A stretch of DNA of 64,000 bases from positions 744,001 to 808,000 of the forward strand of contig OZ251253.1 of the NCBI GenBank assembly GCA_965240325.2, given 5' to 3'. How positions within the stretch are numbered: the first letter of the stretch is position 1; each line of letters begins with the position of its first letter. Of the stretch, positions 39,221 through 52,055 are shown in pieces. The notes beneath the pieces are model-generated. The model saw nothing but the letters and a program-made list of their open reading frames with translations, made no database searches and was not told where the DNA came from. Made by a program: the position numbers and the translations under genes. This DNA is from Rebecca billardiae RCC1528 (taxonomy: Eukaryota; Protista; Haptophyta).

Positions 39221-40441
39221 ATGCGCGTGCCGGTGCGCGTGGCGGGGGGCGGCCCCGCGGGCCTGCTCACCGCGCTCCTCCTCGCGCGCCACGCCGAGCT
39301 CGACGTCGTCGTCCACGAGCGCGCCCCCGGGCCGGACGTGTGGGGCGAGCGCTCCTTCACCATCAACCTGATCGAGCGCGGGCAGCGCGCGCTCGCGGCC
39401 GCGGGCGTGCTCGAGGAGGTGCGCGCGCGCGGCCGCGTGCGCGAGCAGCTGGAGAAGCACATGCCCGACGGCAGCGTCGAGCTGATGGCCTGGCCGGGCA
39501 TCTCGCACACCCGCCCGACCATCGCGGCCGCGCTGCGCGACGCGTTGGTGCGCGAGGGGCGCGCCTCGCTCGCCTACGCCTCGGGCATCGACGGCGTGCG
39601 CGAGGCGGCCGACGGGCGCGGGCTGGTGTGCGCGCTCTCCGACGGCACCGAGGCCGCGTGCGACCACGTCGTCGGCTGCGACGGCAAGTGGTCCCGCGTG
39701 CGCGACTCGGTGGCGGCGCGTGCCGGGTGGGTGCCGACGGAGGAGAGCGCGCCCTCGTGGGGAGTCCTGCTGCACGCGCCCGGACTGCCGGCCGGACTGG
39801 ACCCGTACCGCTCGCACACGTTCCACCCGACGGCGGGGTACGAGGGCAAGGCCGTCGCCATCCTCATCCCGCTCCCCGACGGCAGCGGCGGCGCGCTCGG
39901 CATGGTGGCCCTCTTCGGACAGCTGCTGTCCCGGGAGCCAGACCTCACGCCGCCAGAGGCGCCGGGCGGCGAGGTGCGCGCGTGGGCGGGGGGCGGGGAG
40001 GAGGCGGCGGCGCAGCACGCGGCGTGGCGCGCGGCGCTGCGCCGCGTGCTCGACGGCGCGTTCCCCGGCTTCGCCCCCGCCTTCGACGCCAGCCCGCGCG
40101 CGTACGCGCTCCCGCGCGCCTCGTGGGTCGAGCTGAGGGGCGCGCGCACGTACGCGGCGCTCGGCGGCCGCGTGGCGCTGGTGGGCGACGCGGCGCACTC
40201 GATGACGCCGAGCCGGGGCGAGGGGTGCAACATGGCGCTGGAGAGCGCGGCCGAGCTGTGCGCCGCGGTCGACGCCGCGCTGCGCGACGCGCGCGCCCAC
40301 GCCGCCGGCCGCCCGGTCAGCGCGGACGCGGTGCGCGCCGCGCTGCGCGCTGGCTTCAGCGCGTACGGCGCCGCGCGCTACCCGGTGGGCGCGGAGGTGC
40401 AGCGGCTCTCGGGCGAGGCGAGCCGCGCGGGCAGCGCGTGA
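39221..40441 (+). CDS. FAD-dependent monooxygenase (kynurenine 3-monooxygenase-like family)
   Basis: VAGGGPAGL, RSFTINLIERG, VVGCDGKWSRVR, LVGDAAHSMTPSRGEGCNMALE. The start could lie further upstream. Confidence 0.88.
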   Translation: MRVPVRVAGGGPAGLLTALLLARHAELDVVVHERAPGPDVWGERSFTINLIERGQRALAAAGVLEEVRARGRVREQLEKHMPDGSVELMAWPGISHTRPTIAAALRDALVREGRASLAYASGIDGVREAADGRGLVCALSDGTEAACDHVVGCDGKWSRVRDSVAARAGWVPTEESAPSWGVLLHAPGLPAGLDPYRSHTFHPTAGYEGKAVAILIPLPDGSGGALGMVALFGQLLSREPDLTPPEAPGGEVRAWAGGGEEAAAQHAAWRAALRRVLDGAFPGFAPAFDASPRAYALPRASWVELRGARTYAALGGRVALVGDAAHSMTPSRGEGCNMALESAAELCAAVDAALRDARAHAAGRPVSADAVRAALRAGFSAYGAARYPVGAEVQRLSGEASRAGSA

Positions 40442-40536
40442 GCCGGCGTGAGAGCGCGCCGCGGTGGCGCAAACGCGCCGCCGCCGCGCCGTGGGGTGGG
40501 CGCGCGGGCCGCCTAGCGCGTAGCCACACCTCCGAT

Positions 40537-40678
40537 CTAGCTGGCGTTCGGATCGCGCGCCAACACTTACGTAGGCTTACGTAAGTGATGGCGCGCGATC
40601 AACGCCAGCTAGTCCGGATCGTCGATGATGATATATATCATCATCGACGATCCGGTATCATCATCGACGATCCGGACT
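40537..40678. repeat. Two adjacent long inverted repeats (hairpins)
   Basis: Imperfect 76-nt hairpin at 40537-40612 and a perfect 42-bp palindrome at 40614-40655 whose right arm is tandemly duplicated. Confidence 0.85.
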
Positions 40679-41034
40679 CGGCGGCGCAGTATCGGACTAT
40701 ATGACGACGATTAGCTCGACGCGCGGGCCGCGAGCGTGACTACGTACGGTCGCTGCCCGCCGGCCGGATGACAGAACGATCGATGATGAAGTGATGCGCT
40801 ATACGACGCCGCGCCTGCTATAGCTCCTACTACGCCTGACCGAGTAGAGCCAGGGGGCGCGCCTCGAAACCGCGCGCGGCAAATCGCACCTGCCGCTCGC
40901 GCCGACCCGCCGCTACTGAGTACTGATGGCATCCAGCCATCCGATTAGATCGACGACGAAGCCGCCTGCTGATCGGCGCACAGCAGCCGCCCGACCGGCC
41001 GGCCGCCGGCCAGGGCGGCGACTCGGCGCGCTGG

Positions 41035-42366
41035 CTACTGCGTCGGCGGCACGTCGAGGACGGGCGGCTCGGCGGCGCGGTCCGTGCCCTGGCCCCACCC
41101 CCACCGCGCCGTCGCGTCGGCCGCCGCGCCGCCCGCGTCGCCGTCGGCCGCGGCGGCGCCGAGCGCGCCGCCGCCGCCGCCGCTCGGCGCCGCGCCGAGC
41201 CGGCGCGCCTCGTCCTCGCGCGCGCGGCGCGCGGCGTGCTGCACGGCGAGCAGGCGCAGCTCCTTGGCGCCGGGCCGCGAGCGCCCCTCCGAGAGCAGCT
41301 CGAAGCCCGCCTCCACCTCCGCCCCCGCGCCCTCCCCCTCGCGCCCCGCCCCCGGCTCGTCCTCCGCCAGCCGCGCCGCCACCGCCCACGGCCCGGGGTA
41401 CGCGCGCACCACCGCCAGCTCGATCGTGTCGGGCGCGCGGCCCGCGCCGGGCAGCGCGCCCGACGCGTCGAGCGCGTACCGGTGCGGCTCGGCGCGCGCG
41501 AGCGCGCCCGCCGCCGCGCCCAGCGCGCCGTCCGCGCCCGCCACGTCGCGCGGCGGCAGCGCCGAGCGCACCGCGCCCCAGCCGGGCGTGGGCGGCAGCG
41601 CGTCGTGTCGCTCGAAGAGGTACGCCTGCTCGAAGCCGGCGAGCTCGGGGGGCTGCGCGTACAGCCGCGCGTTGAGCACGACGAGCGGGCGCGCCCGCGC
41701 CCGCGCCGCGCGCAGCGCCTCGCGGATCGGCCAGAGCGGCGAGCACTCGTCCGCGTCCAGCGCGCACGGGCACACGAACAGCAGGGCGGCGTCCGCGCGC
41801 CCGATCGCCGCGGCCGGCGTGTCGTCGTCCTCGGCGACGAGGGAGACGGCGAGCGGGAGGGGCGGCGGGGCGGCGGCGGAGGGCGGGGGCGACGCCGCGG
41901 CGCGCGCGGCGAGCTGCTCGCGCGCCGACGCCGCCACCGCGGGCGGCGAGCACACGAGGCGGACGCAGGCGTCGGCGTGCGCGGCGCGCGCGGCCGCCGC
42001 GCCCGGCCGCGCGCCGAGCGCCGCGCCGACGTCGAGCGCGAAGGCGGCCATCGCGCGCGCGTCGAAGGACGGGCCCATCGGATCGAGCTCGGGCAGCCCC
42101 AGCTCCACGCACGCGCCCAGCCGCCCGTCGTCCAGCGCGGCGTGCACGGCGCGCGTGACGGCGGCGAGCGCCGCGCGCGGCGTGCGCGGCACCTCGGCGG
42201 CCGCGCCGCCGCCGCCGCCGGGCGCGGGCGCGGCGCAGCCGCGCACGCGCGCGCGCGGCGAGGCGGCGCGCGCGCGCGCGGGGCGCGGGCGCGCCGCCCC
42301 GGTGGCACCCGCCAGCAGCAGCAGCGGCAGCAGCAGCCGCGCCAGCACGTGGACAGCGGGCGCCAT
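41035..42366 (-). CDS. DUF1995-like protein, probably plastid-targeted
   Basis: Signal peptide plus Ala/Arg-rich transit-like region; AVHAALDDG...VELGLPEL, RPLVVLNARL, VVRAYPGPW. Confidence 0.72.
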   Translation of the reverse strand: MAPAVHVLARLLLPLLLLAGATGAARPRPARARAASPRARVRGCAAPAPGGGGGAAAEVPRTPRAALAAVTRAVHAALDDGRLGACVELGLPELDPMGPSFDARAMAAFALDVGAALGARPGAAAARAAHADACVRLVCSPPAVAASAREQLAARAAASPPPSAAAPPPLPLAVSLVAEDDDTPAAAIGRADAALLFVCPCALDADECSPLWPIREALRAARARARPLVVLNARLYAQPPELAGFEQAYLFERHDALPPTPGWGAVRSALPPRDVAGADGALGAAAGALARAEPHRYALDASGALPGAGRAPDTIELAVVRAYPGPWAVAARLAEDEPGAGREGEGAGAEVEAGFELLSEGRSRPGAKELRLLAVQHAARRAREDEARRLGAAPSGGGGGALGAAAADGDAGGAAADATARWGWGQGTDRAAEPPVLDVPPTQ

Positions 42367-42654
42367 GCTGCCGCGCGTCCAAGACTCCAAGTGCTTCCTT
42401 CGCGCGAGCTTCAGATTGAAGCTTTCCGGATCCGTCCATCGAATAATCTGCGTGCAAGATTGAATCTCAGGCTATCAGCGAATAGCCGTACCTGAACGGG
42501 GCCTCGTCAATATGGGCGGCACGAATCTTTTGGGATATACAGAGTCTCGCTCTTCGGCGCGAACCGTCACGGCTTTCGCGAGTTCCTCGCCGCCGAAGAG
42601 GCAGGCCCACCTTTTCGCATCAACACCTGTAGTTGTCCGCCCCTGCCGCCCCGC

Positions 42655-44433
42655 ATGCCCTGCGGCGGCGCGATGGACGGCCCGGCGCACGGCGGCCCGC
42701 ACACCGAGTCGCCGCCGCTGCTGCTCGCCGACCTGCCGCACGACGTGCTCGTCCGCGTCCTCGCGCACGTCGACGCGCCCGAGGCGCTCGCCGCCGCGCG
42801 GCGCGCGTGCCGCGCGCTGCCGGCGCTCGTGGACGGCGCGCTGCGGCAGCGCGCGGCCGCGGCGGGTGCGGCGGAGTGGGCGGTGCCGCCGCCGCCGCGC
42901 GCGCGCGCCGAGCTGGGCGCGTCGACTCGCGCGCTCCTCCTCCACGAGATGCGCGCCCGCGCCGCGCGCGGCTGCGAGTCGCGCGTCGCGTCCGCGGGCT
43001 CGCTGGTGAGTGCGCTGCTGGACGGAGCTGGCGCGCTGCACACCGTGGGCGGGCTGGCGGCGGGCGTGGCGTTCGAGCACGGGCAGGTGCTCCTCACCGC
43101 GGCGGCGCTCGGCCACGGCCCCGTCGCGCGGCACGCCGACGACGTCGTCCTCGGCGTGCCCACGCGCGTGCCCTCGCTGTGCGCCGCGCGGCTGGTGGCG
43201 GTCTCGTGCGGCCACTGCCACGCGCTCGCCCTCGACGCGGCGGGGGGCGCGTACTCGTGGGGCGCGGGCGCGTCGGGCCGGCTGGGGCACGGCGACCTGG
43301 CCCACGCGTACGCGCCGCGGCGCATCGCCGGCCTCGCGCCGCGCACCGCCGTCTGCGCCTCCGCGGGCCACGCGCACTCTCTGGTGGTGTGCGCGGACGG
43401 CGGCCTCTGGGCGTTCGGCTGCTCACAGAACGGCCGGCTGGGCCTCAGCGAGGCGGCGGAGGCGGAGGAGGAGGAGGGTGCGCGCGGTGGGCGGGGCGGC
43501 GGGGCTGGCGAGGGGTACAGCAGCGCGGCGGAGGGCGCGGCCGCCTCGCCCGACGCCGCCACCGCCACCGCCGCCGCCGCCGCCGGCGCGCGCTGGGCGG
43601 CTGACACGGCCCGTCAGTACGCGCCGCGGCGCGTGCGCGGCGCGCTGCGCGGCGCGCGCGTGCTCAACGCGAGCGCGGGCGGCGCGCACTCGCTGGCCGT
43701 GACGGCGGACGGCGCGGCGTACGCGTGGGGCCAGGCGCTGGGCGGGCGGCTCGGCCTCGGCGAGCACGCCCGCGACGCGGGCGACGTGCTCTCGCCCGCG
43801 CGCGTCTCCGCGGGCGGGCTGCGCGCCGCGCGCGTCGTCGGCGCGAGCGCGGGCGTCGACCACTCGACGTTTGTGGACGGTGCGGGCGCCGTGTGGACGT
43901 GCGGCTGGTTCGGCTCGGGCTCGTCCGCCGCGCTGGGGCACGGGCCGTGCGTCGAGCCGCGCTCGTGCGCCTCGCCGCGCCGCGTCGCCGCCCTCCTCGA
44001 CGCGGGCGTGCGCGCGGTCGGCGCCTCGGCGGGGCTGACGCACACGCTGGTCGTGGGGTCGGACGGGCGCGCGTACGCGTTTGGCTGCGGCTTTGCGGGC
44101 GAGCTCGGGCTGGGCGAGCGCTCGTACCAGCACACGCCCGAGCTGGTGGGCGGCGGGCTGCGCGGCGGCCGCGTGGCCGGCGCGTGCGCCGCCAAGTGCT
44201 CCGCGCCCAAGCGCGCGCTCTCGCTGCTCGTCGGGCGCGGCGGCGAGCTGTGGAGCTGCGGCTCAGGCGTCGGCTGGCGGCTCGCGCACGCCGACCAGGC
44301 CGAGCGGCGCGAGCCCGAGCGCGTCGCGCGCGCGCCGGCGCTGCTGGCCGAGCCGGCGGCGGCGGGGCTGGGGCCCGGCGTGGCGGCGGCCGAGGACGCC
44401 GCGCCGGACGGGTACGCGGGCGGCGGTCCGTAG
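42655..44433 (+). CDS. F-box plus RCC1 repeat protein
   Basis: LADLPHDVLVRVLAHV; RCC1 repeats VSCGHCHALALDAAGGAYSWGAGASGRLGHG and ASAGGAHSLAVTADGAAYAWG. Confidence 0.88.
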   Translation: MPCGGAMDGPAHGGPHTESPPLLLADLPHDVLVRVLAHVDAPEALAAARRACRALPALVDGALRQRAAAAGAAEWAVPPPPRARAELGASTRALLLHEMRARAARGCESRVASAGSLVSALLDGAGALHTVGGLAAGVAFEHGQVLLTAAALGHGPVARHADDVVLGVPTRVPSLCAARLVAVSCGHCHALALDAAGGAYSWGAGASGRLGHGDLAHAYAPRRIAGLAPRTAVCASAGHAHSLVVCADGGLWAFGCSQNGRLGLSEAAEAEEEEGARGGRGGGAGEGYSSAAEGAAASPDAATATAAAAAGARWAADTARQYAPRRVRGALRGARVLNASAGGAHSLAVTADGAAYAWGQALGGRLGLGEHARDAGDVLSPARVSAGGLRAARVVGASAGVDHSTFVDGAGAVWTCGWFGSGSSAALGHGPCVEPRSCASPRRVAALLDAGVRAVGASAGLTHTLVVGSDGRAYAFGCGFAGELGLGERSYQHTPELVGGGLRGGRVAGACAAKCSAPKRALSLLVGRGGELWSCGSGVGWRLAHADQAERREPERVARAPALLAEPAAAGLGPGVAAAEDAAPDGYAGGGP

Positions 44434-44719
44434 GGCGCGGCGGCACCTCCCGCGCCCCGGGCGAGGCGGCGGTCCGGCGACCGGGGCGTGGAGCCCTGGC
44501 GCCGCCGCGGGACGCTTTTCGTTCGACGCTTTTCGTTCGAACATCATCAAATCATCAGCGCGCGCGATGATCGCGGCGGGAAAAAATACTTGATGCCGAG
44601 TTTGAGTTTTCGCTCTCGTGGCGGTGATGAATAAATGAAAAGCCGCGCAAAGGCGCCGCACCCGCCGCCGAACGCACGAGGGCGGCTGCTGGCGCGCAAG
44701 CGGCGGCGCCCGCCTCGCC

Positions 44720-46196
44720 ATGTCCGAGCCGAGCCGCTTCACCGCCTTCTCGTCGCTCACGCCGACCGGCCTCGCGCGGCAGGACAGCTCGGGCAACCGG
44801 CGCTCGTGGTGCGTGCCCCGCGCCGCGCGAAACGCCCCCCTCGCACCGCGCGCGCGGCGCCGACCGCTCCCCCCCGCGCCGCGCGCGCCGCGCGCAGGCT
44901 GGGCGGCCTCTTCGGCGGCGGCGGCAGCTCGTCGGACTCGCCCGGGCCCAACGAGGCGGTGCGCCCGCGCCTCTTCGTCTCGCCCTACTCGTCGCACTCG
45001 GGCAGCAGCGCGCTCGGCAGCGGCGGCGCGGACGGCGGCAGCGGGCGGCTGCTCGCGCCGCCTGAGCCGCTCGCGCGCTCGTGCTCGGCGGGCTCGGCGT
45101 CGACGTTCGACGCGGGCCCGCTGGGCGGCAGCCCCGAGCGCTCCGGCCGGCTCGGCCCCGCGCTGCTCCCGCCCCGCCACGCCGGCCTCGGCCCGGAGTA
45201 CGGCAGCGGCGGCGGCGGCGGCGACGGCGACGACGGCGGCGGCGGCGGCGGCGCGCTGGGCGACGGCGGCAGCAGCGGGCGCAGCGCCTCGTCCGAGGGC
45301 GAGAGCGACGGCGGGTTTGGCGCGGTGGACGCGCTGCTGCCGCGGGTGCGCGCGCGCGAGGGCGCCGCCCGCCCGCGCCTCGGCAGCGCGCCGCGCGACG
45401 TTCTGGCTGTGCCATGTGCCAGCGCACCGCGCGCTGCGCCCGCTGCGCTCTCAAGTGCTGCGCTCAGAAGCAGCCAGCACCGAACGAATGCAAGCAAGCA
45501 AGCGCGCGTCCATTCATCGTGTGCTCCCCCCTCCCCCCCCCCCCTCCTCGGCGCTCGCAGGAGTACTGGATGCCCGACGAGACGTGCGTCGAGTGCCACG
45601 CGTGCGGCGCGGCGTTCTCGCTGCTGCGCCGGCGGCACCACTGCCGCATCTGCGGCCAGATCTTCTGCGCCCGCTGCTCGGCCAACTTTGTGGACGGCGC
45701 GCTGTTCGGGCGCACACACGCACACACAGCCACCGGCGGTGGCGGTGGGAGGGGCGGCGGCGGCGGAGCGGGGGGCGGCGGGCACGGGGGCGCTGCGCTC
45801 GCGGGCGGCGCGCGCGGCGGCGCGGCGGCGGGCGGCGCGCGCGCGGGCGCGGGCTGGGCGGCAGACGGGCCCGAGCCCTCGGCCGCTGGCGGCGGGCTGC
45901 TCGGCCTGCTGGGCGTGTCCGAGGCGGTGCGTCTGTGCGACCATTGCTACGACCTGTACGAGCTGAAGCGCGGGCACACGGTGGCGGGGCACGGCGGCGC
46001 GGGCGCGGGCGCGCAGGGCGGCGGCGCGCAGGCGTGCGGCGCGCGGGGCGGCGGCGGCGGCGCGGCGTGCGCGGCCGAGGCAGAGGGCGCGCGGGGCGCG
46101 GGCGCGTGCGCGCGCGCGGGCGCGGTCGCGGCGGCGGCGGCGGCGGCGGCGGCGCGCGCGAGCGCGCACGGCGCGGCGTCGGCGGGCGCGGGCGCG

Positions 46197-46232
<36 letters not shown>

Positions 46233-48046
46233 ACCGCGCCGCCGCCGCCGCCGCCAAGCGGGCCTCTCGGCTCGGTGCCGCCCTCCGAGATGGCGGCGGA
46301 GTTCGAGCCACCGCCGCCGCCGCCGCCCTCTGAGCAGCAGCAGAGCTCGCCGCCGCGCGCGCCGACGCCGACGGGCGCGGGCGCGCCCGGCGCGGCGGGC
46401 TCGGCGGCGCCGCCGCACCCCGCGCCGCCCGACTCGGCGGCGGACGCGCAGGCCGTGGGGCAGCTGCGCGCGCTGCTGTGGGCGCTGGTCGCCACCGAGC
46501 CTGCGCTCGCCGCCGCCGCCTCCGCGTGGCACGAGGCGCTGCTGGCGCTGGCGGTGGAGGCGACGGCAAGGCTCGACCCGCTGCTCGCGGCGGCGGCGGA
46601 CGCTGAGGCGGCGCGCGGCGGCGGGGGCGTGCTCGGCGCGGAGCGCCCGCCGCCGCCGCCGCTCGTCGCGGCGGCGATGGGCGCGAGCGCGTGCGCCGCC
46701 GCCGCCGCGTCCGCCGCGGCGGCGGGCGCGCCCGCCGGCCTCGCGCGCGGCGGCAGCGGCGCGGCGGCGGCGGCGGCGGCGCGCGGCGCGAGCGGCGGCG
46801 GCGGCGCGGCGGATGCGGCGTCCGCCGCGGCGCGCGAGGCGCTCGCCGGCGGCGCGGCCGCCGCGGCCGCCGCGGCGAGCGCGCCCCCGCTGGGCGCGTG
46901 CGACGCGCGGCGCTACGTGCGCGTCAAGCGCATCCTGCTGCGCGCGGACGGCGGCGGCGGGGGCGCGGGCGCGGGCGCGGCGGCGCCCGGGCGGTGCGAG
47001 TACGTGCGCGGGCTGGTGTGCCGCAAGAACGTGGCGCACCGCAAGATGGCCGCGTCGATCGAGCGGCCGCGCGTGCTGCTGCTCGCGTGCGCACTCGCCT
47101 ACTCGCCCGGCAAGCGCGCGGCGCACGGCGGCGGCGGCTGCGGCGGCGCGGACGGCGGCGCGTGCGACGGCTGCGGCTGCGCGCGCGGCGCGGAGCGGGG
47201 CGGCGGCGGCGGCTGCGGCTGCGGCTGCGGCGCGTGCGGCGCGTCCGCGCCGGCGCGCGGCGGCGCGTGCTCCGCCGCCGCCGCCGCCGCCGCGCCGCCG
47301 TGCGCGCACTACGGCTCGATCGAGGCGCTCGTGCACGGCGAGGCGACCGCGCTCGACATCATCGTGCGCCGCATCGTCTCGCTCGAGCCGAGTGTCGTGC
47401 TGGTGGGGCAGTCGGCGAGCCACCTGGCGGTGACGCAGCTGCTGCAGGCGGGGATCGCGCTGGTGGTGGGCGTGAAGGCGCAGACGCTGCGCCGCGTCGC
47501 GCGCCTCACCGGCGGCGTCGTGCTGCGCTCCACCACCGAGCTGCTCGCGCCGAGGCTAGGCACGTGCGGCGCGTGGCGCGTCGCGCCCGAGCCGGGCACG
47601 CTGCCGCACGCGCACGCGGGCGCGGGCGCGGGCGCGGGCGCGTCGGCGCCGCCCGCCGGCGCGAGCGCGGGCGTCACGCTGATGCGCTTCGACGGCTGCC
47701 GCGCCGAGCTCGGCGGCAGCTGCGTGCTGCGCGCGTCCGACGGGCGCGCGCTGAGCGCAGCCAAGCGCGTGCTCGCGCACGCGCTCGGCGCGGCGGGCGA
47801 GCTGCGCGCGACGCACGCGCTGCTCGACGCGCTGGGCGCGCCGCCGCTGCCGGCGCCGGCGCCGGCGCTCGAGGGCGCGCGCGCGGACAGCGCGGCGCGC
47901 CGCCGCCGCCGCGCCAGGCGCGCGCGCGCCGCCGCCGCCGCCGCGGCCGCGCGCTCGCCGTCCGCGTCCGCGGGCGCGGGCGCGGGCGGCGGCGGGCCGC
48001 GCCGCACGCTGTTTGCGCAGCTCGCGGCGCTCACGCGCGCGCGCGA

Positions 48047-48081
<35 letters not shown>

Positions 48082-51000
48082 TCGCGCACGCGGCGCGCGA
48101 GGCGGACGCGTGCGAGGCCTCGGCCGACGCCGCCTCGCCGCAGCCGCAGCCGCTGCCGCCGCCGCCGCCCGCGTCGCCGGCGGCGGCGGCGGCGCCGCCG
48201 CCAGGCACGCCGCCCGCGCCGCGCGCCGCCGCGCCCGCCGCCGCCGCCGCCTCGCCGCCCGGGTGCGGGTGCGGGTGCGCGGAGCCGTCGGAGCGCTTCG
48301 CGTACTTCACGCCCGGCCGCGCCGTCCCGCTCGCGCCGCGCCCGCCGCCGCCGCCGCCGATGCCCTCGCCGCCGCCGTTTGCGCCGCGCGCGAGCGCTGA
48401 CGACAGCGGCGCGGCCGCGGCGGGGCGGCGCGCGCTCGCCGCCGCCGCGTCCGGCGCGCGGCCGCGGCACTCGCTCGTCACGTCGTACGCGGGCGCGGCG
48501 CGGCTGCAGCTCGCGCGCTTCGAGATGCACGCCGCGCCGCCGCCGCCGCCGCCCGCCGCCGCCGCCGCCTCGCGCCGCGCCTCGTGCCTGAGCGCCGTGC
48601 TGTGCGCGCACGAGGGCGAGGCGGAGGAGGCAGCGACGCCGTGCGGCCGGCCGGCGGTGCGCGCGATCGCGCTCGGCTCGGCGGACGACTGCTCCGTCGG
48701 CGCGTACGTGCTGCGGCTCTGCCGCGCCGCCGCCGCCGCCGGGCTGGGCGGCGGCGGCGGGCGCGCCGCGCGCTCGGACGTGCGCGGCGCGGCGTGCGCG
48801 TCTGCGTGTGCGCACCCCTCCTCCGCCTCCTCCGCCTCCTCGCACGGGCCGGGGCCGGGGCCGGGGCCGGGCGGGCGGCCGCACGCGCAGCACGCGCCGC
48901 ACCACGGTGCGCAGCACCACCACGGGCAGCACCACCACGCGCACCACGGCGGCGCGACGCCCGCCGCCGCCGCGCCCGGCGGCGCGTCCGCGCTGCGCGC
49001 CGGCCTCGAGCTCTCGGGCTGCGGGCTGCACTCGTTTGTGGGAGCAGCAGCCGGCGGCGGCGGCGGGTGCGGCGGCGCGTGCGGCGCGTGCGCGGGGCAG
49101 GGCGGGGGCGCGGCGCAGGGCGGGGCCGCGGGGCAGGGCGGCGGTGCGGCGTCCGCCGCCGCGCACGCCGCCGGCGGCGCGTCCGCCGAGCACGGCGGCG
49201 GCGAGGGCGGCGGTGGCGGCGGCGGCGGCGGCGAGGGCGGCGCGCGCTGCCCGCTGCCGTGCGCGCTGCACGCCCGCCGGTACGCGCACCGACGCGGCTG
49301 GGTGCACGTTGAGCCGCGCCAGCTGCCCACCGAGCTGCCCGTCGCAGACGCGTCGGGCGCGCCGCTCGTGTGGGCCTGGCGCGTCCCGCCGCCCGGCGGC
49401 GCCGCCGCCGCCGCCGCCGCCGCCGCGCCCGCGCCGCTCCGCGCGCGCGCGCTGCCGCCGGCCGCATGCCGCGCGTCGCTTGGCCGGCTGCTGGAGGCGG
49501 TGCTCTACTCGCTGCCGCGCACGCCGGGCGCGGAGGCGGCGGGGGCGGCGGGGGCGGCGCCGCGCGCGCGCCGCCGCCGCGCGTGGTGGGCCTCCGTGCG
49601 CGGCGCCGGGCTGCTCAGCCCGGGCGGCGCCCTCTACCTCGCGCACGGCCGCGTCGGGCTGCGTCTCTCGTGTGGCGTGTTCCTCGTGCTGGCGGTGGAC
49701 TCGGCGGTGGGCGAGGCGCCGGCGCGCGCGCGCGCGCACGGCCGCGCGCGCGCGCACGGCGCGGCGCGCTTCGAGGTCTCCGCCCTCGGCGCCGCGCTCT
49801 TCGGCGGGCTGCACGCCGCGTGCGCGCGGCTCGGCGACGCGTGCGCGCACCCGCGCGACGCGGCGTTCGTGGGCGCGCTCGGCGGCGCGCTCGGCGCGCG
49901 GCGGCGCGCGCTCGAGGACGGGCTGGCGGCGCTGGCGGCGGCGGACGAGGCGGCGGCGCGCGCGGCGGCGGGCGGCGCGGCCGACGCCGCGGCCGACGCC
50001 GCGGCCGAGCGCGCGTGGCGCGCCGCGCACCTCGCCCTCCGCCGCGCGCTGTGCGCAGAGTACTACTGCATGCGCGCCACGCTGGACGCGCTCGAGCGCT
50101 GGGCAAGCGGCGGCGCGCTCGGCGGCGGCGGCGGCGGCGGCGGGAATGGGCGCGGCGCGGGCGCGTCGCTCTCGCTGCTGCGCAGCGGCTGCGGCCACGC
50201 CGCCGCGCGCGCCGGCTCGCACTTTGCCACGCGCGTCGGCCGGCTGGGCGGCGGCGGCGCGCAGCCGCCGCCGCCGCCGGCCGCGAGCGCCGCCGAGCTC
50301 GGCGGCGGCGCGTGCGGCGGCGCGCGCGCTGGGCCGCTGAGCTCTGCGGTGTTCGGCGAGCGGCTGGTCGAGCTGCTGTGCGCCGCGCTGCGCGGCGGCG
50401 GCGGCGGCGGCGGCGGCGCCGCCGCGCCCGCCGCCGCGCCCGCCGCGCCCGCCGCCGCCGCCGCCGCCGCCGGCGCGCTCGCCGAGGCGGAGGCGGGCGC
50501 GGCGGGCGCGGCGGCGGTGCTGGCGGCGGTCGACGCGTGGCGCGCAAGGCTGTGCGCGTGCGCGCCGCCGCACGGGCAGCCGGCGGCGGCGGCGGGGGCG
50601 GCCGAGGCGGCGGTCGCGCGGCCGACCCCCGCGCCGCGCCTCTCGCTGCGCACCGCCTCGGAGGGCGGCCCCCGCGCCGGCCGCGTGCCCTCCGCCCTCG
50701 CCAAGTCCTCCTCAGACCTCGCCCACCCAACCGCACCGCCGCTCGACGACGACGACGACGGCGACGGCGGCGGGGCGGGCTCGGAGGGCGGCGGCGCGCA
50801 CGCGTGCGCGACGCAGCCGCCCTCGCCGCGGCCCGGCGCGCCCGGCGCGTGCTGCCCCCCCTCCGCCTCCGCCGCCGCCGCGCCGCCGCGCCCCGGCGCG
50901 TGCACGGGCGTGCCGCCCTCGCGCTGCGTGGCGGGCGCGGCCGGGCGCACGGCGCGCGAGCTCGAGGCGGCGGCGGCGGGCGTGCTGCGGCGCTCGCACG

Positions 51001-51277
51001 CGTGGCTCACGCCGCGCGCGAGCGGCGGCGGCGGCGGCGGCGGCTCGCGCGCCGCCTCCGCGCACCCGCGCCCCGCGCAGCCCCCGCCCTCCGCGGCTGT
51101 GCGCGCACACGCCATGCTCGCCGGCACCGCCCACGCGCGCCGCGGCTCGGGCGGCTCCGACGTCGTCGTCGAGACGGACGCGGGCTCGCTGCTCGCGCAC
51201 TGCCTCGCGTCGCCGCAGTACGCGGCCGCGCTGCTCGGCATGGCGGCGGGCGCGCGCGGCGGCGGCGGCGCCGCCGC

Positions 51278-51316
<39 letters not shown>

Positions 51317-51515
51317 GCCGCCCGCGGCGGCGGCGGCCGCGCTGAGCTCAGACGAGCGCGCGACGCTGCGTGCGCTCATGTGCCCAGGTGGCGCGCCCGG
51401 CGGCGGCGCGGCGGCGGGCGGCGAGGAGGGCGGCGCGGGCGCGTCGCTCGGCGCGAGCTTCCGCTCGGACGCCGCGGGCGCCGAGCCGCACCCGCACCCG
51501 CACCACGCGCCCGCC

Positions 51516-51571
<56 letters not shown>

Positions 51572-52000
51572 GCGCGAGCGGCCGCCGACGCTGCGGCTGG
51601 CGTTTGCCGACGCGCTGCCGCCCGGGCCGCTGCCGCTCGGCGTGCCGCACGGCGCGGAGGGCGCGGGCGGCGGCGGGTCGGCCGAGGCCGAGTTCCCGCC
51701 GCACGCCGCGGGCGGCCTCTCCTTCGCCGTCACCGCCTACTTCCCGCTGCAGTTCGCCGCGCTGCGCGCGCTGCTGCGCGGGCCCGAGGCCCACGCTGCG
51801 TTTGTGTCTGCGCTCGCGCAGTGCGAGCCGTGGCGGCCGTCGGGCGGCAAGTCGGGCGCGGCGTTCGTGCGCTCGGCGGACGGCTCGCTCGTGCTCAAGG
51901 CGCTGTCCTCGCGCGAGCTGCGCGGCGCGCTCGACCTCTGCGTCGGCCCCGCCGGCGGCGGCGGCGGCGGCGCGGGCGGCGGCGGCGGCGGCGGCGGCCA

Positions 52001-52055
<55 letters not shown>

